This document shows, one piece after another, positions 8,491 to 17,548 of a DNA stretch of 64,000 nucleotides. The first letter of the stretch is position 1. Each line of letters starts with the position of its first letter. Below the pieces are notes generated by a model. It made no database searches. It had not been told where the DNA came from and saw only the letters and a program-made list of their open reading frames with translations. This DNA is from an uncultured bacterium (GTDB taxonomy: Bacteria > Actinomycetota > Actinomycetes > JAVEEB01). The stretch spans positions 32,331 to 96,330 of the forward strand of contig CAXSDE010000004.1 in NCBI GenBank assembly GCA_964236265.1, in the 5' to 3' direction. A program made the position numbers and the translations under genes.

Positions 8491-9989
8491 CCAGCCGCGG
8501 GCATAAGAACGCAGAGCCGATGACGACGCAGGCCCGGCTCTCGTCCGTCATCAAGGAGTCGCGAAACATCATGCGTAAGGACGCCGGCCTCAACGGCGAG
8601 CTCGATCGGCTGCCGCAGATGGCTTGGTTGTTGTTCCTCAAGGCTTTCGATGACTTGGAGGAGCAACGTGCCGTGAAGGAGCGCGGCTATCAGCCGGCCG
8701 TCGCGACGGAGTTTCGGTGGTCGTCGTGGGGCAGTGACAGTTCGCTGACAGGCGACCCGTTGCTCGTCTTCGTCAACAACCGCCTGCTGCCGCACCTGCG
8801 CGGCCTGCAGGGGTCGGGCAAGGCCACCGACCCTAAGGACACGCTCGCTCGCGTCTTCCAGGACACGCGCAACCGCATGCTGTCGGGCTACTTGCTGCGT
8901 GACCTGATCAACCAGCTCGACAAGGTGCAGTTCACCAACCGCGACGACATCCACACCATGGCTCACCTCTATGAGTCGATGCTGCGCGAGATGCGTGATG
9001 CCGCTGGTGACTCGGGAGAGTTCTACACCCCGCGGCCACTGGTGCGCTTCATGGTCGACATGATCGATCCGCGGCCTGGCGAGAAGGTGCTCGATCCGGC
9101 CGCCGGCACGGGTGGCTTCCTGGTGGAGGCATTCGAGCACATGACGGCCGACGCGACCCTGACGCCCACGGCCATGCGGAAAGTCAAGGACGGCATCCGT
9201 GGCATCGAGAAGAAGCCGATGCCCTACTTGCTCTGTCAGATGAACCTCCTCCTGCACGGCATCGAGGAGCCGAACGTCGATGAGGCGAACGCGCTCAACT
9301 TCGGTCTCGCCGAGATGCGCAAGGACGGCGTGGACGTCGTCCTGACCAACCCCCCGTTCGGCGGGGAGGAAGAGACCTTGATCCAGACGCACTTCCCGAC
9401 GAAGTACCGCACCGCTGAGACCGTGTGGCTGTTTTTGCAAGCGGTCATGGCTCGCCTGGAACGGAGTAAGTCGGGTCGCTGCGCGATCGTCGTACCCAAC
9501 AGCGTGCTCTTCGACCAGGGTGTGGGCGGACGTATCAAGGCTGACTTGATGGCGCGCTTCAACCTGCACACGGTGCTCCGGCTGCCGAACGGCGTCTTCG
9601 CGCCCTACACCCTCATCCCGAGCAATGTGCTGTTCTTCGAGAAGGGCAAGCAGGAGCCGCACATCTGGTTCTACGAGCATCCGATGCCGGAGGGTCGCAA
9701 GAACTACACGAAGACCAAGCCGTTGCGGTACGAGGAGTTCGAGGAGTGCGCGACGTGGTGGGGTGGATCGACGCGGAGCGGTCGTGTCGAGAACGAGCAC
9801 GCGTGGAAGGTTGAAGCAGCGTCCGTTAGGGCCGCTGGCTGCAACCTCGACCTGCGTAGCCCAAACCGCGCCGACGACCTCGTGCACCGAGCGCCTGCCG
9901 GTCTAGTCGCTGAGCTGATTGAGGTCGAGCAACAGATCCTCGACCTCCTCCGTCAGCTTCAGGTCGACGTGGAAGCCTTCACGATATGA
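8487..9989 (+). CDS. hsdM: type I R-M N6-adenine DNA methyltransferase subunit
   Basis: HsdM_N-like start (LWLLFLKAFDD). SAM-binding motif DPAAGTGGFLVEA. Catalytic NPPFGG. ATG overlaps the abiEii stop (ATGA). 501 aa. Confidence 0.9.
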   Translation: MTSRGHKNAEPMTTQARLSSVIKESRNIMRKDAGLNGELDRLPQMAWLLFLKAFDDLEEQRAVKERGYQPAVATEFRWSSWGSDSSLTGDPLLVFVNNRLLPHLRGLQGSGKATDPKDTLARVFQDTRNRMLSGYLLRDLINQLDKVQFTNRDDIHTMAHLYESMLREMRDAAGDSGEFYTPRPLVRFMVDMIDPRPGEKVLDPAAGTGGFLVEAFEHMTADATLTPTAMRKVKDGIRGIEKKPMPYLLCQMNLLLHGIEEPNVDEANALNFGLAEMRKDGVDVVLTNPPFGGEEETLIQTHFPTKYRTAETVWLFLQAVMARLERSKSGRCAIVVPNSVLFDQGVGGRIKADLMARFNLHTVLRLPNGVFAPYTLIPSNVLFFEKGKQEPHIWFYEHPMPEGRKNYTKTKPLRYEEFEECATWWGGSTRSGRVENEHAWKVEAASVRAAGCNLDLRSPNRADDLVHRAPAGLVAELIEVEQQILDLLRQLQVDVEAFTI

Positions 9990-11125
9990 CCGTCTCGTGG
10001 TCGCCGGCGGGGCGAGTCCTTGAGTTGCAACGGCGTTCGGTCGAAGTTCTGACCGACCAGGAATATCATGAAATCGGTGTCAGATCGTTTGGCAAGGGCC
10101 TGTTTCAGAAGGAGCCGACGAGCGGTGCTAGCCTCGGTGACAAGCGGGTCTTCTGTGTCCGTACGGGTGACCTAGTCATCAGCAACGTGTTCGCATGGGA
10201 GGGAGCCGTTGCAGTCGCTGGGCCGGAACACGACGGCATGATTGGCTCTCATCGCTTCATGACATGGACATCGCGCGGCGACGTTGATGTCAGCTACCTC
10301 CGTCACTATTTTCTGTCCGATCCAGGGCTGGGCAATCTGCGTCGGGCCTCGCCGGGATCAGCCGGCCGAAACAGAACGTTGTCGATCGCGGCGTTCGAGG
10401 CCATTAAGGTGCCTCTGCCGAGCCTGACCGAACAGCGTCGGATTGCAGATCATTTAACGGACCTGGGCGCGATGTCCGACGTCGCTCGCACAGCGACGGA
10501 TCGACTCAAGGCCACTAGTCACAGCATCTTCGATCGATTGGTGCTAGTCCCCGACCACAGCAAGTACCCACTTGGAGACGTCGTACAGCTAGCTCGCGAG
10601 TCGGTCGATGTTGTTCCTGACAGGTCTTACAAGACCCTCGGTCTGAAGAATCGTGGGCGGGGATTGTTCGAGCGCGCGGAGTTTACGGGGGGCGAAACGA
10701 AGTATCCGCGGCTCTTCGCGGTGAGGTCCGGTCAGCTGGTCTACAGCAAGTTGTTCGGATGGGAGGGTTCGGTTGCCATAGTTCCAGATCGATTCGATGG
10801 GCGGTTCGTGTCGCCGGAGTTCCCAACGTTTGACGTCGACGCGGAGCACATTCTGCCCGACTACCTGGAGCACTTGGCCCAACACCAAGCATTTACCAGT
10901 CAGCTGGCGTCCTCAACGACGGGCATGGGGCAGCGTCGTCAGCGCGTGAACATCGACGATTTTCTTAACATCGACGTTCCTGTGCCGAGCGTTTTGGAAC
11001 AGCAGTCCATCGTCCGGCAGCTGGATCAAGTCAGGCACCTCGATCTCCTCATGCGCAACCGAGCTCGCCTTGCCGACGCGCTTCTCCCGGCCGCTCGGAA
11101 CGAGATTTTCAACGCGATGCGCTGA
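9986..11125 (+). CDS. hsdS: type I R-M specificity subunit
   Basis: Two target-recognition-domain halves with conserved HsdS spacer/coiled regions. Start overlaps the hsdM stop. GC content is visibly lower than the flanks. Confidence 0.85.
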   Translation: MTVSWSPAGRVLELQRRSVEVLTDQEYHEIGVRSFGKGLFQKEPTSGASLGDKRVFCVRTGDLVISNVFAWEGAVAVAGPEHDGMIGSHRFMTWTSRGDVDVSYLRHYFLSDPGLGNLRRASPGSAGRNRTLSIAAFEAIKVPLPSLTEQRRIADHLTDLGAMSDVARTATDRLKATSHSIFDRLVLVPDHSKYPLGDVVQLARESVDVVPDRSYKTLGLKNRGRGLFERAEFTGGETKYPRLFAVRSGQLVYSKLFGWEGSVAIVPDRFDGRFVSPEFPTFDVDAEHILPDYLEHLAQHQAFTSQLASSTTGMGQRRQRVNIDDFLNIDVPVPSVLEQQSIVRQLDQVRHLDLLMRNRARLADALLPAARNEIFNAMR

Positions 11126-11783
11126 CACTCGACCATTGGTCGCCGGCGACTATCACGTGATCGAGGAGCCGCAAACCTACGTCTGCACTGGAGCCTTGCA
11201 GTCGCTGGGTCGCTGCCACGTCGTCCGCGCTCGGGGCAACAGTCCCGCCGGGATGGTTGTGGGCAAGCGCGAACGACAACCCGTCATGGCGAAGCACGAG
11301 TGACAGGATTTCGCGGATCGGAACGGCGCAGTGACTTGCCGACCCCCGTGCGACGAGCACCGTCCGTCGTACACGATGTTGGTTGTCGGCGACCAGTAGC
11401 AGCAACTCTTCCACGGCGGTGTGGCCGATCAGGGGAACTGCAATGGCTGCAATGTCAGCCGACGACGCCAACGACCGGCCCTCGGGTGCCCCGATCGCCC
11501 GCCGCGCCAACGCGAACGCCGAGACCAGCCGGGCAGCCTTCGCGGGACCGATGCCGTGGCGGCGTGCGAGCTCGTCGGTGTCCGCCCGCGCGAGCCCGGC
11601 TACACCGCCCCACTCGGCGAGAAGCGCCTGCGCAAGGTCGAGGGCGCTTTCGCCGGGCCGACCAGACCCCAGCTGAATCGCGACGAGTTCCGCGTCGGAG
11701 AGCGATCGTGCGCCGTGCCGCTGCATTCGCTCCCGAGGCCGCTCATGGTTTGCCATGTCTCTGAGCGGTGTGCTGGGACTCAT
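11109..11783 (-). CDS. radC: RadC-like JAB/MPN-domain protein
   Basis: Helix-hairpin-helix N-terminus (ERPRERL...LSDAELVAIQLG) and JAMM motif HNHPGG. Convergent with hsdS, with a 17 bp overlap. The internal Met at 11756 is a possible start. Confidence 0.8.
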   Translation of the reverse strand: MSPSTPLRDMANHERPRERMQRHGARSLSDAELVAIQLGSGRPGESALDLAQALLAEWGGVAGLARADTDELARRHGIGPAKAARLVSAFALARRAIGAPEGRSLASSADIAAIAVPLIGHTAVEELLLLVADNQHRVRRTVLVARGSASHCAVPIREILSLVLRHDGLSFALAHNHPGGTVAPSADDVAATQRLQGSSADVGLRLLDHVIVAGDQWSSVSASR

Positions 11784-11840
11784 CCCGGCAGCGTACGGCC
11801 GGTCACTGCCTTCCGCCGCCGTCGTCCACAGGCGAGGAAC

Positions 11841-12308
11841 TCACGACAGGCGCTGCCCGGCGCGCAGCATGTTGATCGCCTTCGCTGCGCGCCGGTCACG
11901 CGTCGCGGCCTGCTTGGCCTCACCCACCCACACCGCGTACTCCTTGCGGTGCGTGAAGGCCAGCGCGTCGTAGCGCGCCGCGGCGTCCGGACTGGCGTCG
12001 AGCGCCCTCCGTAGTTCATCCGACACGACGATCTCGACCGGCTGGCTGTCCAGGGACAGGGTGATGTCGAGCACCGAGCCGTCCGTGATGCCCGCCTCCT
12101 CGCGGACCGCCTTGACGAAGCCGAGAACGGTGCTGCCGCCGGACACCATGAGCCTGGTGCGGAACGCATGACCGTTGACGGTGCCGACCACCGGCGCCCG
12201 CGCGGAGCCGAAGACCGCCTTGCCGTCGAACGGGCACTCGACCCAGCGGCCGCCGACGCCGTTCGCCTCGGTCAGCCGGCCCCGGAAGCGCACGGGCTCC
12301 GCGCTCAT
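11841..12308 (-). CDS. DUF1905 / YdeI-OmpD-associated family protein
   Basis: 156 aa from the internal Met (MSAEPVRFRG...). Domain order is DUF1905 then a bacteriocin-protection-like C-terminus. The upstream part of the 295-aa ORF is an Arg-rich artefact. Confidence 0.55.
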   Translation of the reverse strand: MSAEPVRFRGRLTEANGVGGRWVECPFDGKAVFGSARAPVVGTVNGHAFRTRLMVSGGSTVLGFVKAVREEAGITDGSVLDITLSLDSQPVEIVVSDELRRALDASPDAAARYDALAFTHRKEYAVWVGEAKQAATRDRRAAKAINMLRAGQRLS

Positions 12309-12829
12309 CGACCCGGTGCGGCAGCGTGGACACGACCCGCGGAGTCGCGCAGCGTCGACCGCACCTGCTCGGTGATGCGTTGTGCGTCGACGGCGAACAC
12401 GCGGCTCCGCAGCCGGACGAAGGACCAGGCGAAGCCGCCGAACGCGATCGCTGCCGGTCCCAGCACATACGCGCCCGGCGTGGGATCGCCGTTGACGATG
12501 GGGACGACGGTCATGACGGCGCAGAACGTGGCGACGACGGCGTACATCCACGGGACGACGACCTCCGCGAACGACTCCACGATCGTCGCCGTGAGTGTCA
12601 GCACGCCGCCGTCCGTCGTCAGCCGGCCCCTGAGGTGGGGGTAGGCGTGATAGCGCGACGGGAGCACGGTCCGCGCACGGACGGCTCCGTCCGCGCCCAC
12701 GCGCAGTGCCAGGTGGTGCGATGCCCACTCCCTGCGCAGCGAGTCGGCCCGCGCGGCGAGGGCCGCGAGGCCCCCGGCGCCGCTCGAGGGCCCCAGGTCC
12801 ATCGCCACGTCGCGCTGCTGCCGTCCCAT
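12305..12829 (-). CDS. hypothetical membrane protein (2 predicted C-terminal TM helices)
   Basis: Internal Met MGRQQRDV. Hydrophobic stretches WMYAVVATFCAVMTVVPIV and LGPAAIAFGGFAWSFV. The stop is coupled to the DUF1905 start (ATGA). Confidence 0.35.
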   Translation of the reverse strand: MGRQQRDVAMDLGPSSGAGGLAALAARADSLRREWASHHLALRVGADGAVRARTVLPSRYHAYPHLRGRLTTDGGVLTLTATIVESFAEVVVPWMYAVVATFCAVMTVVPIVNGDPTPGAYVLGPAAIAFGGFAWSFVRLRSRVFAVDAQRITEQVRSTLRDSAGRVHAAAPGR

Positions 12830-12917
12830 GCGGCGATTGTCGCGCCCCGGGGAGGGCACGTCGATCGCGGACCGGGAGAAGGTGGGCAGAGGTCTAGACC
12901 TGTTGTACGGTCGCGAG

Positions 12918-14627
12918 ATGCGGCGCAGAGCGGGCACACGCGCGGGCGTCCTGGTGATCGTGGCCGCCGTGGCCGCCGGCTGCTCGCGTCCGACGACCAC
13001 CCCGAACGCGCCGATCACCACGAACGCGACGACAGTGACAACGCCAGCCAGCCCCGCACCGAGCAGCAGCAGCCCGCTTCCGATCCCCTCCCCGAAGGAC
13101 GGCGACACCGCCATGACAGTTGCGACGCCCGACGCGGCCCTCACGCTGGTGCCCGCCCCGGCGCAGGTCACCGCGACGCCAGGCGGCCCGTTCGTCCTGA
13201 CCGAGGCGACCGCCGTGATCGCCGGGGACGGTGCGACGGCCGTCGCCGAGCAGCTCGCCGCGCTGCTGCGCCCGGCCACCGGCTATCCGGTGCCCGTGAC
13301 GCGCGTGACGACGGGCGCGACCCCCGCCCACGGCACGATCCGCCTCGCCCTCGAGGCCGCCGCCACCGACCTCGGCGACGAAGGTTACGAGCTGTCGGTC
13401 ACGGCGAGGGCCATCACGGTCAAGGCGCAAGCTCCGGCCGGCCTGTTCTACGGCGTGCAGACCCTCCGGCAACTCCTGCCGGTGACCATCGAGTCGCGGA
13501 CCTCGCAAGCGGGCCCGTGGTCGATCGGGGCGACGCACATCGTCGACACCCCGCGTTACCCGTGGCGGGGCGCCATGCTCGATGTCTCGCGGCACTTCTT
13601 CGCCCCGGCCGACGTGCAGAGGTACATCGACGAGATCGCCCTCTACAAGCTCAACGTCCTGCACCTGCACCTGTCGGACGACCAGGGCTGGCGCATCGCG
13701 ATCGCGGGCCGCCCGCGGCTGACCGAGATCGGCGCGCTCACCGCGGTCGGGGGTGGCGCCGGCGGCTACTACACCAAGCAGGACTACACGAACATCGTCG
13801 AGTACGCGGCCGCGCGGTTCGTGACGGTCATCCCCGAGATCGACATGCCGGGGCACACGAATGCCGCGCTGTCGTCGTACGAGGAACTCAACTGCAACGG
13901 CAAGGCGACCGAGCCCTACACGGGGATCGAGGTCGGCTTCAGTTCTCTCTGCATCGACGCCGACGCCACCTACGAGTTCCTCGACATCGTGCTCGGTGAG
14001 CTCGCCGCGATGACACCGGGGCCGTACCTGCACATCGGCGGCGATGAGGTGCAGACCCTCAGTGACGAGCAATACACGTCATTCATCGAGCGGGTGCAGG
14101 CGATCGTGACGAAGCACGGCAAGACGCTCGTCGGCTGGGAGGAGACGGCGCAGGCCACGCTCCGCGCCGGCTCGGTCGTGCAGTACTGGAACACCACCAG
14201 CAAGTTCGCGGCACTGCTGGCGAAGTCGTCGGCGCGCGGGGTGAAGCTCGTCCTGTCGCCGGCGGACCGCTCGTACCTCGACATGAGGTACGACGACGAC
14301 CACCCGCTCGGCCTCGAGTGGGCCGGCCGGGTCAGCGTGCTGCAGAGCTACGACTGGGACCCCGGCTCCGTGATCCGCGATGCGGCCCCCGGCAGTGTGC
14401 TCGGCGTCGAAGCGCCGCTGTGGTCCGAGACCCTGGAGACGTTGGCCGACGTCGAATCGATGGCATTTCCGCGGCTCCCGGCGATTGCGGAGGCGGGCTG
14501 GTCATCCGCCGGGCGCGACTGGGCGGCGTTCCGCGCGCGCCTGGCCGCGCAGGCGCTGCGGTGGGAGGCGATGGGCGTCAACTACCACCGCGCCCCGGGC
14601 GTCGACTGGCCGGCAGCGCGCGCGTGA
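12918..14627 (+). CDS. beta-N-acetylhexosaminidase (GH20) lipoprotein
   Basis: Lipoprotein signal LVIVAAVAAGCS. GH20 catalytic region HIVDTPRYPWRGAMLDVSRHF...LHLHLSDDQGWR...HIGGDEV. Confidence 0.85.
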   Translation: MRRRAGTRAGVLVIVAAVAAGCSRPTTTPNAPITTNATTVTTPASPAPSSSSPLPIPSPKDGDTAMTVATPDAALTLVPAPAQVTATPGGPFVLTEATAVIAGDGATAVAEQLAALLRPATGYPVPVTRVTTGATPAHGTIRLALEAAATDLGDEGYELSVTARAITVKAQAPAGLFYGVQTLRQLLPVTIESRTSQAGPWSIGATHIVDTPRYPWRGAMLDVSRHFFAPADVQRYIDEIALYKLNVLHLHLSDDQGWRIAIAGRPRLTEIGALTAVGGGAGGYYTKQDYTNIVEYAAARFVTVIPEIDMPGHTNAALSSYEELNCNGKATEPYTGIEVGFSSLCIDADATYEFLDIVLGELAAMTPGPYLHIGGDEVQTLSDEQYTSFIERVQAIVTKHGKTLVGWEETAQATLRAGSVVQYWNTTSKFAALLAKSSARGVKLVLSPADRSYLDMRYDDDHPLGLEWAGRVSVLQSYDWDPGSVIRDAAPGSVLGVEAPLWSETLETLADVESMAFPRLPAIAEAGWSSAGRDWAAFRARLAAQALRWEAMGVNYHRAPGVDWPAARA

Positions 14628-14780
14628 GCGGTGACCCACAGTGATCGTGGCCGAACCCCTGTCGACCGGCGCTCTTCACGTGTAGCGTGCCGTCAGGTCG
14701 CAACGCGGTCCCCAGCCGCCCGACCGCGTCGGCCCGTGCACTGCGGGTCGCACGACCATCGAACGACACCGGGAGCAACA

Positions 14781-14981
14781 GTGGCACAGGGCAGCGTCAA
14801 GTGGTTCAACTCCGAGAAGGGCTACGGTTTCATCGCCGTCGACCAGGGCCCGGACGTGTTCGTCCACTACAGCTCCATCGAGACCGAGGGATACAAGTCC
14901 CTCGATGAAGGCCAGCGGGTGGAGTTCGAGGTCACGCAGGGACAGAAAGGTCCGCAGGCCGACAAGGTCCGCACGATTTGA
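14781..14981 (+). CDS. cspA: cold-shock protein CspA family
   Basis: GTG start after GGGAG. The 66 aa [33 protein letters not shown]... sequence is canonical CspA. Long 5' leader. Confidence 0.9.
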   Translation: MAQGSVKWFNSEKGYGFIAVDQGPDVFVHYSSIETEGYKSLDEGQRVEFEVTQGQKGPQADKVRTI

Positions 14982-15006
14982 TTCGTCGTACGAGTCGTAC
15001 GACAAG

Positions 15007-15035
15007 AGGCCGGTGACCCGCGGGGTCGCCGGCCT
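15007..15035 (+). terminator. GC-rich hairpin downstream of cspA (putative intrinsic / bidirectional terminator)
   Basis: AGGCCGGTGACCC-GCG-GGGTCGCCGGCCT forms a 12 bp stem with 1 mismatch. It lies between convergent genes. Confidence 0.4.
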
Positions 15036-15120
15036 CTGCCGTCCCGCCGGCCTCTGCCGTCCCGCCGGCCTCTGACGTCCCGCCGGCCTCTGACGTCCCG
15101 CCGGCCTCTGACGTCCCGCC
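15027..15120. repeat. tandem repeat, 5.2 x 18 bp (CGCCGGCCTCTGMCGTCC)
   Basis: Perfect head-to-tail copies with a single C/A variant, in the convergent intergenic region between cspA and the VOC gene. Confidence 0.75.
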
Positions 15121-15126
15121 TCAGGA

Positions 15127-15558
15127 TCAACTGACGCAGAACTCATTGCCCTCCGGGTCGCGCATCGTGGTGGTGACGGGCCCGCGGTCGGCCGTCGTCC
15201 AGGCGACCGTCGCGCCCAGGGCACGCAGGCGCTCGACCTCGGCAGGGGCCAGCACGGGACCCACCTGGACGTCGAGATGCACGCGGTTCTTGGTCGACTT
15301 CCGCTCCGGAACGCGTTGGAAGAACAGCCGCGGCCCCGCGCCAGCGGGGTCGGAGCAGGCAGCCACGTCGCGGAAAGCCCGCTGGCCGTCGAGCTCGATC
15401 GTCTCCTCCGCCGCGAGCAGCCCGTCGGCGACGAGCTTGTCCACGAACGGCCCGTGGTGCTCGACGTCGTAGTGCAGCGCGGCGGCCCAGAAACGGGCGA
15501 GCGCGTGCGGGTCGGCGGCATCCATGGCCACCTGCAGGCGGGGCACCATCGAGACCAT
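15127..15558 (-). CDS. VOC / glyoxalase-family protein
   Basis: The internal Met MVSMVPRLQV... has a glyoxalase-like fold signature (LHYDVEHHGPFV...RVHLDVQV). The upstream part of the 250-aa ORF is not coding-like. Confidence 0.65.
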   Translation of the reverse strand: MVSMVPRLQVAMDAADPHALARFWAAALHYDVEHHGPFVDKLVADGLLAAEETIELDGQRAFRDVAACSDPAGAGPRLFFQRVPERKSTKNRVHLDVQVGPVLAPAEVERLRALGATVAWTTADRGPVTTTMRDPEGNEFCVS

Positions 15559-15739
15559 CGAGACCTCCCGTGTCGGCGCTCGTCGCGACAAGTATCGCGA
15601 CGGGCGCCGATCCAGGACACGGGCGCCCCGTTGAGGGGCACGGGCCTCGAGGAACGACTCGCCGAACTGCTCCGCGGTCGTCAGCGGATACACCGGGTTC
15701 GCGGGCAATCGCTGGCCGCTCTCCTTGAGCTGGTAGGAC

Positions 15740-17548
15740 GTGGCTGCGTCGCTACGCGATGTCCGACGTGAGCACCCTGGGCGCGCGCGGGGAGACAAAG
15801 TTCTTGCCACCCGCACGTCGGCGGCCCGCGAAAGGGTCGAGACGGCCCAGGGCGGGGACGTTGGCCGCGTGACGATCACCTCAGGCGGCCCGCCGCTGCT
15901 CGACGCTCTGCTGCGGTTGCGCGCGGCGGTCGCCGTGACGCACCTGACCCTCGATGTCCCCGGTGCCGCTGCAGCGCGCGACGACCAGCGCCGGCTTCTC
16001 GATCAACTCGACGACTACGTCCTGCCACGCCTGCGCCGGCTGGACGCGCCGCTGCTCGCTGTCGTCGGGGGCTCGACCGGCGCGGGCAAGTCGACGCTGG
16101 TCAACTCACTCGTCGGTGAACGCGTCACCCGCTCGGGTGTGCTGCGCCCGACGACCCGGGCCCCGATGCTGATCTGCCACCCCGACGATGCGGCGTGGTT
16201 CGCCGACGAGCGGATCCTGCCCGGGATGACGCGCGCACCAGGCGGCTCCGACGCGCCGGCGACTCTCGGGCTCGTCTCCTCCGACGCCGTGCCCCGCGGC
16301 CTGGCACTGCTCGACGCCCCGGACGTCGACTCGATCGTCGTGGAAAACCGGCGGCTGGCGCGTCAGCTGCTCGACGCGGCCGACATGTGGCTGTTCGTCA
16401 CGACAGCCGCGCGCTACGCCGACGCGGTCCCGTGGGATCTCCTGCGCGAGGCCGGCGAGCGCGGGATCGCCCTCGCGATCGTCCTCGACCGCGTCCCGGC
16501 CGAGGCGCTCGGCGAGGTCGCCGCGGATCTGACCGCCAACCTCGAGGCCAACGGCCTCGGCTGGGCGCCATTGTTTTCCGTCGTCGAGACGCCCGCCGTC
16601 GACGGGCTGCTGCCGCCCGAGGCCGTCGCGCCGCTGCGCGACTGGCTGCAGGCCCTCGCCGCCGACGCCGCCTCCCGCGACGAGGTCGTGCGCCAGACCC
16701 TCGCCGGCGCGCTGCGGACCGTGGCAGAAAGGGCCCGCGCCCTGGTTGCCGCCCAGGAAGCGGAGGCCCAAGGTGCCGCCGAGTTGTCGGGCGTGGCCGG
16801 GTCGGCCTTCGCCGCGGCCTTGACCGACACCGACGACGCACTGCGCGACGGCCGCGTGCTGCGCGGCGAGGTGCTCGTGCGCTGGCAGGAGTTCGTCGGG
16901 ACCGGTGAACTGCTGCGCACGCTCGAGTCGCGTATCGGTCGGCTGCGCGACCGGATCGCGGCAGCGGTGACCGGCCGCCCGCCGGCCGGCGCCGACCTCA
17001 CCGCCGCGCTCGAGACCGGCGTGGAGGCCCTGGTCCGCGACGCCGACGCGCGCGCCGCGCAGCGCATCGCCGATGCGTGGGGGCACCGCCCGGACGGGGC
17101 GTCGCTCGTCCGCGAGCACGCCCTCGATCGCCCGTCGCCCGAGTTCGCCGGGCGCGCGAAGGACATGGTCCGCGAGTGGCAGCACGGAATCCTGGACATC
17201 GTCCGCGACACGGCTCAGGGGAAGCGGACGGTGGCGCGCATCCTCTCGTACGGCGTGAACGGAGCCGCACTCTTCGTCATGGTTGCCGTCTTCGCGCACA
17301 CCGGTGGGCTGAGCGGCGGAGAGGTCGCGGTCGCCGGCGGCGCGTCCGCCGTCGGGCAGAAGCTGCTCGAGGCGCTGCTCGGCGACCAGGCCGTGCGGGA
17401 CCTCGCGGCCCAGGCGCGCTCGGACCTCCGTCGGCGCGTCGAGGAGCTGTTCGCGACGGAGCGCGCCCGCTACGACTCGGTCCTGCCGGCGCCCGCGCCG
17501 CCGGCGCTCGCGGAGGCTGCCGCGAGCGTCGAGCGGGCGACCCGGTGA
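15740..17548 (+). CDS. dynamin-like / MMR_HSR1-type GTPase (paralog 1)
   Basis: P-loop GGSTGAGKSTLVNSL. G2/G3-like LLDAPDVDS. Long alpha-helical C-terminus. Start codon uncertain. Confidence 0.65.
   Translation: MAASLRDVRREHPGRARGDKVLATRTSAARERVETAQGGDVGRVTITSGGPPLLDALLRLRAAVAVTHLTLDVPGAAAARDDQRRLLDQLDDYVLPRLRRLDAPLLAVVGGSTGAGKSTLVNSLVGERVTRSGVLRPTTRAPMLICHPDDAAWFADERILPGMTRAPGGSDAPATLGLVSSDAVPRGLALLDAPDVDSIVVENRRLARQLLDAADMWLFVTTAARYADAVPWDLLREAGERGIALAIVLDRVPAEALGEVAADLTANLEANGLGWAPLFSVVETPAVDGLLPPEAVAPLRDWLQALAADAASRDEVVRQTLAGALRTVAERARALVAAQEAEAQGAAELSGVAGSAFAAALTDTDDALRDGRVLRGEVLVRWQEFVGTGELLRTLESRIGRLRDRIAAAVTGRPPAGADLTAALETGVEALVRDADARAAQRIADAWGHRPDGASLVREHALDRPSPEFAGRAKDMVREWQHGILDIVRDTAQGKRTVARILSYGVNGAALFVMVAVFAHTGGLSGGEVAVAGGASAVGQKLLEALLGDQAVRDLAAQARSDLRRRVEELFATERARYDSVLPAPAPPALAEAAASVERATR

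Noticed and set aside
7620-9989. Single 789-aa ORF spanning the abiEii and hsdM regions
   Set aside because: It is an artefact of a missing stop. The N-terminal part is a DUF1814 NTase whose conserved C-terminus lies in the +1 frame and ends at 8490. hsdM has its own ATG at 8487. The two are annotated as separate genes, with a frameshift noted.
12326-14072. 557-aa plus ORF and 392-aa minus ORF overlapping the hexosaminidase and membrane-protein genes
   Set aside because: They are Arg/Gly/Asp-rich with no motifs. The GH20 frame explains the region.
14867-15130. 87-aa minus ORF encoding RDVRGRR repeats
   Set aside because: It is simply the translation of the 18 bp intergenic tandem repeat. 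It has no start context and lies between two convergent gene ends.
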